Made by a program: the position numbers and the translations under genes. A DNA stretch of 64,000 bases from an uncultured Verrucomicrobiae bacterium (lineage in GTDB: Bacteria; Verrucomicrobiota; Verrucomicrobiia; Limisphaerales; JAFGQR01), in contig CAWBHS010000007.1 in NCBI GenBank assembly GCA_963788655.1, forward strand, positions 1-64,000, given 5' to 3'. Positions 32,215 to 41,994 of the stretch are shown here, piece after piece. The notes beneath the pieces are model-generated. The model did no database searches. It was not told the origin of the DNA and saw only the letters and a list, made by a program, of their open reading frames with translations. The stretch's first letter is position 1, and every line of letters starts with the position of its first letter.

Positions 32215-32359
32215 GGCCCATGAGGCTACAGGAACGCCGCCAGCCAGCAATCGAAAAATCCGTTCGCTTAAAAAGTCGTAAGCAAGTTTTAATTCCCACC
32301 TAACGAATTAAACGATGCGCGGCGATCCTTCAATTGTGACGCTGCAAATTATCGTTGCA

Positions 32360-34003
32360 TTAGTCCCTTACCGGGAAAATCCTGTGCAAGAGGCGCAACC
32401 TATTTGAGGGTTTATGCGCTGGCGTTGGCCAACCCTGGGACGAGCAGGTGTTCCTTGAGTTTGAGTCCCACCAGCACCGCGCGCCGTCCCAGTTCCGTCA
32501 GGTAATACTTGTAGGTCTTGCCGACTTTTTTGATCAATCCGTGCAGCCGCAGCCGCTTGAGGATTCGCCCGATCTGGCCGCTGCTCTTTCCCGGCAGCAC
32601 CGCTTGCAGCCGCCGGTTGCTCATCCCGCTGATTTGATACTCGCCGCGCACGATCCCCAGCAGCACCGTCAGATCGTGCCCGAGGAAAAAGTTGAACCCG
32701 CGCCAACTCCGCTCCCGTTCATCCGTCACTGGCCGGCTGATTTTATCCAAGTTGGTCGGCCCGCCGCTGCGGTCTTCCAACTCTCCGATAAACTCCAGAT
32801 ACCTTGCACAGCCGGCCCGCATCAACCCGGCCAGATCGCCCAGGCTGAAGATCGATTTTCTTTAGGTCCGCCACCCGATAGTCGCTGCTGCCATCCCGAT
32901 GTTCCACCTTGCGGTGGTGTCGATAGAAGCTCACGTCGTTGCTCACGCATTCCAGGCGCAGCACGCGTCCGGCCTTGTCATACATCTTGATCGCCTGCCG
33001 GTTGAGCTGGTGTTTGATGCGCGTGCCTTCGACGCGCGTATGAAAGTCGCTTCTGCGCCTCAGCCTCCGGACTGAGCCGCTTGTTCAGGAACCGGGCGAT
33101 GTCCGGTGCCTTCACCGTGAAGATGGCCTGCCGGCTGATCTCCTGGTAAACCGGACGCAGGGCGGCGGCGCGCTTGAACACCACGTCCAGCGCATACTCC
33201 ACCTGCATGAGACTCCAGTGGTAGCCGCCGCGAAACTGTTTGACCACCGGGCAAAACTCCTCGGCCAGGGCGTGCAGGCGGGCCGCCAACACTTTGATCT
33301 CGAAGCCCTCGACCAACGCCTGGGCCTTCGCCCAATCCCCGCAGGAGACAAACGTATTGTCGGCCAGCTCATGGGGGATGCCGTGCGTGCGCAATTGATT
33401 GGCCAGCCAGGCGTGCTGGTTGAAGTAGACTTGCAGCCGGAAGGGCAGCCAGGTGGGCACGCGCATGTAACCCAGGCCCAACTGCTCGTCGATAAAATAG
33501 AAGTAGTAGTGCAGGCACCGTCCGCCCGTGAGCTTGAGTCCCGTGCGCCCGGTCTTCTGGTCGTGCCAGGGCTTGAAACATTTGCACGATTCCATGGCGG
33601 AGAAGATGTGGGCCAAGCCGGGATGCCGTCCGCGCTGTTCAAGAATCTCAGCGACCCGCGCTTCCTTGCGCAGCCCCTTACGTTCCAAATACTGGATTTC
33701 CAGACCGGCCTGACGGGCCAGCAGGATGGCGTTATCGCGCACCTGATCGCGCAAGGGTTCGGCGAAGACGCCCAGATCAAAGCAGCGGATATTCAGATGC
33801 CGAAGCTGGGCCGTCATGGCGTCGGGATGCCCCACATCGACGAGCATACCAGTGACAATGAGACGGTCGTAGCAGCCGAGCGTCCCCTCGATATCTTTGG
33901 CGTAACGGTCCAGCAGTTTGGATTGGAGATCACTGCCCGCTTTGATCGGTGCATTCATGCACCAACTTTACCCAAACTCTTGGTTCCGGCTACGCCGGGT
34001 TAG
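32360..34003 (-). mobile_element. Putative single-ORF insertion element with hairpin ends and no terminal inverted repeats (boundaries inferred)
   Basis: TTAG at 32360-32363 and 34000-34003, each with an internal adjacent hairpin (tccc-ttacc-ggga; ccggc-tac-gccgg). The ORF fills about 94% of the span and lies between unrelated divergent genes. Confidence 0.6.
32412..33958 (-). CDS. Putative transposase/replication-initiator-like protein with C-terminal winged HTH (~515 aa); two +1 frameshifts near 33052 and 32857
   Basis: Joined reading: GCYDRLIVTG..CLHYYFYFID..YHWSLMQVEYALD..TRVEGTRIKH..IKMYDKAGRVLRLE..LKRLRLHGLIKKVGKTYKYYLTELG. Confidence 0.7.
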
Positions 34004-34297
34004 GAGGATGAGAGAGAACAAGACTCTCCAAGCCTTGGGAAGATAATCGGTACTGGTGCGGAGAGGCGAAACTACCGACGCGCAAACAATTGGACGCAAA
34101 CGCTTTGCCAAGTGAATTTGGCTCGGTTATCCTTTTCCCGTGCAAGATGCCGCCGTCCAACAACGAGTAATTCGATTGCCTGCACAACTCCGAAGCAGCA
34201 ATCGACAAAGCTGCGCTATGGCTCGTGGAAAATCAGCCCGGTCCCGATTACCGGCTCTGCATCCGCCAGGGCATCCTTATGCGTTAGCCCATCGTTG

Positions 34298-35386
34298 ATG
34301 AAACTCCTCGTCATTTCGCTGGCTGGCATTGGGGACACGTTGATCGCCACGCCGCTGATTCACGAACTGCGGCTGAACTTTCCTGACGCCAGGCTTGATA
34401 CGCTAGTGCTCTGGCCGGGCTCGAAGGATCTGCTGGCCGGCAATCCCTGGCTCAATACGGTTCATCAAGCCAATTTCTTTCAGATGGGGCAACTGGCGGC
34501 CTTGCGCTATCTGCTTCGGCTGCGTCGCGAGCAGTACGATGTTTCGATTAACACCCATCCGCAAAGCAAAATTCATTACCGCCTGACCGCCTGGCTCATT
34601 GGCGCCCGGCGGCGGCTCAGCCATTTGTACCACAATTCGGGGCTGTGGGACAATGTGCTGATCAACGCGGCCGTGCCGCAAGACTACACGATTCATTCGG
34701 TCGAGAACAATTTGCGGCTGCTTCGCCTGCTCGGCAAAACTCCGCAACTCAGAGAGCATGCCTTCGAGTTATTTCTGACGCCGGAGGAGCAGGCTCAGGC
34801 CGAACATTATGCCACTGATTTTAAACAAAGCAGGTGCTGCCTGATCGGCCTCCACGTTGGCTCCGGCAAAACGAAGAACCTGAGCCTCAAACGCTGGCCG
34901 GTCCCCAACTGGATTGCGTTGATTCAGCGGGTGCTGGAAGGCCTCCCGGATGTCACCGTGCTGCTCTTCGGTGGCCCGGAAGAAAAACAGGACAACGAGC
35001 AAATCCTCAGCGAGGTAGCCGATGCGCGGGTTGTGACACCGCCAACGCGGTCCATCCGAGAAGCGGCTGCGTTGCTGGCTCATTGCGATGCGTTCATTAG
35101 CGTGGACAACGCCCTCATGCACTGCGCCGCCGCCATGAAAGTCTCGCGGCAAATTGTGATTGAATCCGTGACGTTCGGCCCCACCCTTGAACCCTACGTA
35201 CGGCCCTATCGCTTGGTGAAGAATCCGGCCGTCCACGGGCGGAACCTGGAATACTACCGCTACGACGGACGTGACATTCGAGGTACTCGCGAGGAACTGA
35301 TTCGCTGCATGATGGCGGTCACTCCCCAGGCGGTATTCCAGACGCTGATGGAGGCACTGGAGGAGAAGGAGGGGGCGTCGGGATGA
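34298..35386 (+). CDS. Glycosyltransferase family 9 (heptosyltransferase-like)
   Basis: LAGIGDTLIATP, KRWP, LFGGPEE, D.ALMHCAAA. Confidence 0.92.
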   Translation: MKLLVISLAGIGDTLIATPLIHELRLNFPDARLDTLVLWPGSKDLLAGNPWLNTVHQANFFQMGQLAALRYLLRLRREQYDVSINTHPQSKIHYRLTAWLIGARRRLSHLYHNSGLWDNVLINAAVPQDYTIHSVENNLRLLRLLGKTPQLREHAFELFLTPEEQAQAEHYATDFKQSRCCLIGLHVGSGKTKNLSLKRWPVPNWIALIQRVLEGLPDVTVLLFGGPEEKQDNEQILSEVADARVVTPPTRSIREAAALLAHCDAFISVDNALMHCAAAMKVSRQIVIESVTFGPTLEPYVRPYRLVKNPAVHGRNLEYYRYDGRDIRGTREELIRCMMAVTPQAVFQTLMEALEEKEGASG

Positions 35387-35408
35387 GGAAGCGGGATGAT
35401 GGAGACTC

Positions 35409-35534
35409 GATGCTGGATACCGGATACCGGATGCCGGATGCCGGATGCCGGATGCCGGATGCCGGATGCCGGATGCCGGATGCCGGATGCCGGATGCCGG
35501 ATGCCGGATGCCGGATGCCGGATGCCGGATACCA
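35409..35534. repeat. Heptamer tandem array, 18 units (14 perfect GATGCCG)
   Basis: gatgctg, gataccg x2, gatgccg x14 (35430-35527), gatacca; intergenic. Confidence 0.97.
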
Positions 35535-35809
35535 GATTGAGGCTTGCAGTCGATTTTACCGATTTGGCGTGGGCCTCAAGGATTGGGGAGGAACTGAACG
35601 GCCCGCCGTGGGGGGGCGAGTCGATTAAAGCAGACTTCTGATGGACGGAACCATTTTGACCGCAGTAACGAGCTGGTGCGCGAGATTGTGAATTGCACAT
35701 TTTCCCATGCTGTTGCCACGCGCGGCACACGCCGTCCACGAGACTCCAGCAAGCGCTTCCTGTTGACCCGCCTTTCGCCGGCCACTACGTTGCCCCAAAC
35801 GGACAAGCC

Positions 35810-37451
35810 ATGTCATATCCAATAATGTCCAATGGAATGCCGCCGCCGGAAGAGTTTCAGCGTCGGCTAAACGAAATGATGCGCCAGCATTTTCGCGGCC
35901 TGGGGGCGACGCCTATGGGGTCCGAAGCGGGAGCCGCCGATGGCAATGAAACGAGCACGCCGGCTGACCAATCCCCGCCGGAGCCGCCGATCGATGTCAC
36001 CCAATTCAGCTACAAACCGCGCGACATTAAGGCGTTCCTTGACCGGTTCGTGATCAAACAGGAGGAAGCCAAGAAAGTTCTGAGCGTGGCGTTGTGCGAC
36101 CACTACCAACACGTGCGGCTGGCGGTACAGGGCCAGGACCAATCGAATTATGCCAAACAGAATATCATCCTGTTGGGGCCGACCGGCGTCGGCAAAACCT
36201 ATCTGGTGCGCAGCATGGCCGATTTGATCGGCGTTCCGTTTGTAAAAGCCGATGCCACCAAGTTCTCCGAAACCGGCTATGTGGGCGGCGATGTCGAAGA
36301 CCTCGTGCGCGACTTGGTCCGCCTGGCGGATGGTGACGTGCGCCGCGCCCAATACGGCATTATTTACATCGACGAAATCGACAAAATCGCCGCGTCCCAG
36401 AGCGTGGGGGGGCGGGATGTCAGCGGGCGAGGGGTGCAAACCAACCTGCTCAAGCTGATGGAGGAAACCGATGTTCCGGCCCGCGCGCCCAATGACATTG
36501 CCGGTCAAATTCAGGCCATGATGGAAATGACCCAGGGTCGCGGCCAAAAAAGGCCTTCCATGATCAATACCCGGCACATTTTGTTCGTGGTCAGCGGCGC
36601 GTTCGAGGGCCTCGAAAAAATCATTCGCAAACGCCTCCGTGAAATCCTCCATCGGTTTTGCCGCCACAACCCGCCCCGATCCGGAAGAAGATCGGACTTT
36701 CGATTCTGTGCAAACCCGCGACTTTATCGACTTCGGGTTCGAACCGGAATTTATCGGCCGCCTGCCCGTGCGCGTCGTTTGTTATCCTCTGAATGTGGAT
36801 GATTTGTTTCAAATCCTCAAAACCTCCGAAGGCAGTATTGTTCGCCAATACGAACAGACGTTTGGCGCTTACGGCATCGAGGTGTTGTTTCACGATGAAG
36901 GTCTCCACCGTATTGCGGAGATCGCCGCGGACGAAAAGACCGGCGCCCGCGGCCTGATGACCGTGTGCGAGCGGATCTTTCGGGACTTGAAATTTGAACT
37001 GCCGTCCACCCAGGTCAAACGGTTCATCGTGACCCGCGAATTGGTGGACGATCCGATTGGCGCGCTCCAGAAACTCATGGCCGAAAGCGCCCGGGAAGAG
37101 CAGACCATGCTGCACCAGGTGTTGGATGAATATTGCCAACGTTTCCAACAAAGCCACGGGATGAAAATTGCGTTTACTGAAGAGGCCGCAGGATTGCTGG
37201 TAGAACTGTCGCACCAGGACAACAAGCCGGTCCGCGATTTGTGCGCCGCCCGTTTCAAAGACTACCAATTTGGCTTGAAACTCATTTTCCAGAATACCGG
37301 CCAAAAGGAATTCACCATTAACCGTGAAGCCGTCGAAGCCCCGGACAAGGTGTTGAGTCAATGGGTCGTGGCCAGTTACCGCAATCCGGAGCAACAACCG
37401 GCAGCAGACGCAGCGCCCCAAACCGGACAGTCGTCTGACCCGAGGACTTGA
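35810..37451 (+). CDS. ClpX-like AAA+ ATPase lacking the zinc-binding domain; one +1 frameshift near 36643
   Basis: [61 protein letters not shown]. Confidence 0.9.
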
Positions 37452-37621
37452 CTCGACGATGAGGCGCAACGAGCGCTCATGTTGAGCGCCGGATTCCAGG
37501 TTACTTTCGGCTTTTGGCCTTCAGGCGTTGGACGGTGCTGCCACTCGGAGCCGGTTGTTGGGAATCAAGAACATCCTCGCGCGGGGCGTCCGAGTTTTAA
37601 CCGCAGTTAGCCTTGAACGGT

Positions 37622-38278
37622 CTAGACCACGTGGCTGACCCACTGGAGGACGGCTCCGGTTTCCTGCAGCCACCAACTCAACGCCGTCATTACGGACACC
37701 TGACTGCCGGCCAGCAAAGGAATGCCCAGCAACAGAACGATGATGTTTCCCAGAAAGATCACGATGGCAGAAAAAAAGTAACCTTGGCTGGTGATGTCGG
37801 TTTGTTGAGATTGCAGGGCACTCCACGTCAGGGTCAAATGAAAGGCATACGCCCCACCGACCAGCAAATGAAACCAGACCTGGTACGCTGTCCAATCCCA
37901 GAGCCAATGTCCCAGCATGAAACAAAGGACCAGCGCTACGGCGTAAAGCGGGAAGAAATACGGCGCCAGAATAATCAAGAAATTGGTTTTGGTAATCACC
38001 ACATGCCCACCACGGGGCGTGGCCTTGAATTTCTTCACCTTGCCGCCGAACAGCCAGGTCCAAACCACATGCGTCAGTTCATGCCCAAAGACGTAAATCC
38101 GCATGGGTTTTGGCAGGAGCAGATAAATACCGAGCCAACTTGTGGCGCCGCCGAAGAAGGCGACCCAGAACGTATCCAGGCTGCCGGTAATGCGCAGAAC
38201 CCGCACAAAAGCACTCACCGCTCCGATGCAAAACGGAGTCAACACGATTCCCACGAGAAATCTGGCCCAATACGGCAC
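37622..38278 (-). CDS. Membrane protein with HExxH motif (peptidase M50-like)
   Basis: YVFGHELTH, GGHV, LAPYFFP, a downstream Asp (QTDI), several TM helices. Confidence 0.72.
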   Translation of the reverse strand: MPYWARFLVGIVLTPFCIGAVSAFVRVLRITGSLDTFWVAFFGGATSWLGIYLLLPKPMRIYVFGHELTHVVWTWLFGGKVKKFKATPRGGHVVITKTNFLIILAPYFFPLYAVALVLCFMLGHWLWDWTAYQVWFHLLVGGAYAFHLTLTWSALQSQQTDITSQGYFFSAIVIFLGNIIVLLLGIPLLAGSQVSVMTALSWWLQETGAVLQWVSHVV

Positions 38279-38523
38279 GCGAGATTATTACCAAAGCCCG
38301 TCCCTCCGGAAACGCAGAAAAATGCGGCCATCAGTTTCCAGCCCAGATACGCAGGAGCGTCGGTGGTGTTGCTGAGGCCCCGTTACGGTTCCAGGATTCA
38401 TAGAACGCACTTTCCTGGCAGCCCTCCATTCCGCCTTAATCCTTCAAACCGTTTGACCATTCAACTCTTCCACCCCACCAATACCCGCCTCCGACGGCAA
38501 ACGCCTTGCTACATCCTTTCTCC

Positions 38524-39339
38524 GTGTATTTGGATTATTATGGCCTGACCGAGCCGCCGTTCAATATTACGCCGAATCCGCGCTTCCTGTTTCTTAGCGG
38601 AAAGCACCAGGAAGCCTATAACCACATGGTTTATGGGATTCGGGAGCGCAAAGGCTTCATCCAAATCACCGGTGAGGTGGGGTCGGGCAAAACCACTCTT
38701 TGCCGGGCACTCCTGGCATCGCTAGGCAAGAATTACTCGACCGCGCTGATTCTCAATCCGCCGCTGAGCGCCGAAGAAATGGTGAAAGCGGTGGTCATGG
38801 AATTCGGGCTGCCGGCGCGGGGATTGGACCACTTGGAAGCCCTGGAGTTATTGAACAATTTTCTCCTCTCCGAAGCGGAACAAGGGCGCGATTGCGTGCT
38901 GCTGATCGACGAGGCACAGAACCTCTCCAACGATTTGCTCGAGCAAGTCCGGATGCTGTCCAATCTCGAAACCGACAACCACAAGCTCCTGCAGATCGTG
39001 CTGGTTGGGCAACCCGAACTCCGCGACCGCCTCAACCACCCCGGCCTCCGGCAACTGCGCCAGCGCATCACCGTCCGGTACCACCTCCGTCCGCTCCGCC
39101 AAATGGAGTTGGGGCAATATGTCCAGCATCGCCTGACGATTTCGGGCGCGAAAAGTCCGCCTCAATTCACCACGCCGGCACTGTGGCGTGTTTACAACTA
39201 TTCGAAAGGAATTCCCCGGTTGGTCAATGCCGTGTGCGACAAATGCCTCTTGGCGGGTTTTGTGCAACAAAGCCCTCGCATCGACTTTCACCTCGTGGGA
39301 AAAGCAGTCCGGGAGTTGGAGGGGGAAATCCGAATATGA
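38524..39339 (+). CDS. ExeA/GspA-family AAA ATPase
   Basis: YL.YYGL.E.PF.ITP.PRF, GEVGSGKTT, LIDEAQNL, LVGQPEL, LRQRI, GIPRLVN. Confidence 0.92.
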   Translation: MYLDYYGLTEPPFNITPNPRFLFLSGKHQEAYNHMVYGIRERKGFIQITGEVGSGKTTLCRALLASLGKNYSTALILNPPLSAEEMVKAVVMEFGLPARGLDHLEALELLNNFLLSEAEQGRDCVLLIDEAQNLSNDLLEQVRMLSNLETDNHKLLQIVLVGQPELRDRLNHPGLRQLRQRITVRYHLRPLRQMELGQYVQHRLTISGAKSPPQFTTPALWRVYNYSKGIPRLVNAVCDKCLLAGFVQQSPRIDFHLVGKAVRELEGEIRI

Positions 39340-39962
39340 GTCTGATCAACGATGCGCTCAAGCGGGCCAACGCGGCGCGTCCCCCGCAGCTCACGGGGGA
39401 GGAACACGTCCCTCCCATGCGACCCGTGCCCGGAAACTCGGTGGCCGTGATCTGGCCGCTGATCCTGGCGCCCATCGTTTTGCTGGTGGTGCTCATGATG
39501 GCCATCTGGTTCCTCTGGCGCGGCTGGGAAGCCAGTCGGCAAACTCACGCACAAGTCGCCCAACCAGCCGTCGCCGCCCGCGAACCGGCGGCACCATCCA
39601 CTCCTTCCCCAGTGCCATCGGCGCTGCCGGTCCCAATAGTGGCAGCCGAGGAAAACGCGGCTGAATCTTCCCTTCCGCCGGCGGTTCCGGAGACACCGGC
39701 ACAAGTGCCACCTGCCCCAAGGGCGCCCACTCCCGCTCTCCCCACCACTGCCGCAGTCGCCGCGGCGCCAGCCCCGCCAATCAAGCAAACACCACTCAAA
39801 CTGCAAGGCATCTTCTATCGTCCGCGCAAACCTGCCGTGGTGATTAACGGCAAGTCGCTGTTCATTGGTGAATCCATTGAGAATGTCACCGTCATTGCCA
39901 TCGACCGCAGTTCCGCCACGGTGGTGCAAGCGGGGCGAACCAATGTGTTGACCCTGCACTGA
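39336..39962 (+). CDS. ExeB/GspB-like membrane protein
   Basis: MSLINDALKRA start overlapping the exeA-like stop, TM helix, Pro/Ala linker, LKLQGIFY..AVVING domain. Confidence 0.82.
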   Translation: MSLINDALKRANAARPPQLTGEEHVPPMRPVPGNSVAVIWPLILAPIVLLVVLMMAIWFLWRGWEASRQTHAQVAQPAVAAREPAAPSTPSPVPSALPVPIVAAEENAAESSLPPAVPETPAQVPPAPRAPTPALPTTAAVAAAPAPPIKQTPLKLQGIFYRPRKPAVVINGKSLFIGESIENVTVIAIDRSSATVVQAGRTNVLTLH

Positions 39963-40030
39963 GGAGCAGGTAAACGATCCCCGTGTTGTCTCGAGAGTCA
40001 CTCCCACAGTGACTTGACGGAATTCAAAAG

Positions 40031-40726
40031 GTGAACAATTCAGGCACCAGGATCGCTGCGAATTCACTGCTGACCAAAATCAAGCAGTCGCCATTGGCCG
40101 TCCGCGTTCTTCCGTTTGGGCTGTTCGCGTTGCTGACCGCCGGCCAGGGGCTCTTCGGCGAAGCGTCGCGTTACTGGTTTTATTGCGGCAAGACCGTGGT
40201 GGGCGCCTGGATGATCTGGGAAATGCGCCCGTTTGTGGCAGAGCTGCGCTGGAAATTAAGCTGGGAAGCCGTCGTGGTGGGCGTAGCTGTACTGGTGATA
40301 TGGGTGGGCCTGGACAGTTTCTATCCCAAACTCATGCCGCCGGACAAAACGTGGAATCCTCACGCCCAGTTCGGTCAGGACACGGCGGTGGCCTGGCTGG
40401 TGATCGCGATCCGGATCCTGGGTTCAACCCTGGTGGTTCCCCCGCTGGAGGAAGTGTTTTTTCGCTCCTTTGTGTACCGTTACCTGGCCAAAGCCGAATT
40501 TATGAGCGTGCCGCTGGGCAAGTTCCTCTGGATGCCTTTTCTGGTAACTTCCGTGATCTTTGGCGTCAACCATCGCGAATGGTTGGCGGGTATTCTGTGT
40601 GGTTTCGCCTACCAGGGATTGGTCATCTGGAAAAACCGCCTGAGTGACGCCATTACCGCCCACGCCATCACCAACTTCCTGCTCGGTCTCTGGATCGTGT
40701 GGCAAGGCGCCTGGCACTTCTGGTAA
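40031..40726 (+). CDS. CAAX prenyl protease-related (CPBP family) membrane protein
   Basis: VVPPLEEVFFRSF, FGVNH, AHAITN motifs. Confidence 0.9.
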   Translation: MNNSGTRIAANSLLTKIKQSPLAVRVLPFGLFALLTAGQGLFGEASRYWFYCGKTVVGAWMIWEMRPFVAELRWKLSWEAVVVGVAVLVIWVGLDSFYPKLMPPDKTWNPHAQFGQDTAVAWLVIAIRILGSTLVVPPLEEVFFRSFVYRYLAKAEFMSVPLGKFLWMPFLVTSVIFGVNHREWLAGILCGFAYQGLVIWKNRLSDAITAHAITNFLLGLWIVWQGAWHFW

Positions 40727-40797
40727 GCGGGGCAGGGTCAGTTCCGAGCCGCAGTTTGCCATTTCACCGGCGCGGTGCGCTTGGTAAGATTAGCCCC

Positions 40798-41955
40798 ATG
40801 CAAACCATCAAACAGATTGGCTTTAGCACGCGGGCGGTACACGAAGGACGCGGATTCAGCGGCAACACCGGCGCGGTCATGCCGCCGGTGTTCCTGACGT
40901 CCACCTTCGAGCGCGGCAATCCGGACGGCTTTGATTACACCCGCTCCGGCAATCCAAACTTTCGTCTGCTCGAGCAAAGCGCCGCCGCCTTGGAAGGCGC
41001 GCAGTTTGCCACCTGCTTTGCCAGTGGCGTCTCCGCCATCACCGCCGTCATTTCGAGTTTGCGGAGCGGTGACCGCGTGCTGGCGGAGGAAAACCTCTAC
41101 GGCTGCACCTACCGCCTGTTTGAACGCGTGTTTGCCAAGTTCGGTTTGCAGGTCAGCTACGTGGATTTTACGCGACCGGAAAACCGCGATGAAATCCGCC
41201 GCCAACGGCCCGCGCTCGTCTGGTTGGAAAGTCCCACCAATCCGTTGCTGAAAATCGTGGATCTCGCCGGGCTCAGCCAGACGGCGGCCGAAGTGGGTGC
41301 CGCGGTCGTGGTTGATAACACGTTTGCTTCTCCATATCTGCAACGCCCGTTGGAGCACGGCGCCACGATTTCCCTCGCCTCCACCACGAAGTATGTCAAC
41401 GGGCACAGTGACTGCCTCGGTGGCATCGTGGCCACGAACGATCCAACGTGGCACGAGCGAATGGTGTTTGCGCAGAAAGCCCTGGGCCTGCAACCCTCCC
41501 CGTTCGACGCCTGGCTGACGACCCGCGGCCAGCGCACCCTGGCCTTACGCATGGAACGGCATTGTGCGAATGCACTCGCCCTGGCCGGTTGGCTGGAGCA
41601 GCGGAAAGGCGTTCGCCAGGTGCGCTACCCTTTTCTGGCCAGCCATCCGCAAGCCGAATTGGCCCGGCGCCAAATGAAGGCAGGTTCCGGCATTTTCACC
41701 GCGGAACTGGATTGCCCGTCGGAGACGGCTCTCGATGTTTGCCGGCGGTTGCGCTGGTTCACGCTGGCGGAAAGTCTCGGCGGCGTCGAGAGCCTCGTGT
41801 GCCATCCGGCATCCATGACGCATGCATCGGTGCCGCCCGAGGTCCGCCAGCGGGTTGGTATCACTGATGGTTTGCTCCGCTTTTCGGTCGGCATTGAAGA
41901 CGTCGAGGATTTACAGCAAGACGTGGACGAAGCCTTGAACCAAGTGCCGTTATGA
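40798..41955 (+). CDS. Cystathionine gamma-synthase/lyase family PLP enzyme
   Basis: YTRSGNP, ESPTNPLL, VDNTFASP, STTKYVNGHSD, AESLGGVESL, RFSVGIED. Confidence 0.94.
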   Translation: MQTIKQIGFSTRAVHEGRGFSGNTGAVMPPVFLTSTFERGNPDGFDYTRSGNPNFRLLEQSAAALEGAQFATCFASGVSAITAVISSLRSGDRVLAEENLYGCTYRLFERVFAKFGLQVSYVDFTRPENRDEIRRQRPALVWLESPTNPLLKIVDLAGLSQTAAEVGAAVVVDNTFASPYLQRPLEHGATISLASTTKYVNGHSDCLGGIVATNDPTWHERMVFAQKALGLQPSPFDAWLTTRGQRTLALRMERHCANALALAGWLEQRKGVRQVRYPFLASHPQAELARRQMKAGSGIFTAELDCPSETALDVCRRLRWFTLAESLGGVESLVCHPASMTHASVPPEVRQRVGITDGLLRFSVGIEDVEDLQQDVDEALNQVPL

Positions 41956-41994
41956 ATAAGCGCGATAGTTGGTCCAACCCTTGGGGCAGGCGGC

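Noticed and set aside
35383..35739. ORFs reading (CRMPDAG)n or (HPASGIR)n
   Set aside because: Translations of the heptamer array, which is stop-free in all frames; no coding evidence.
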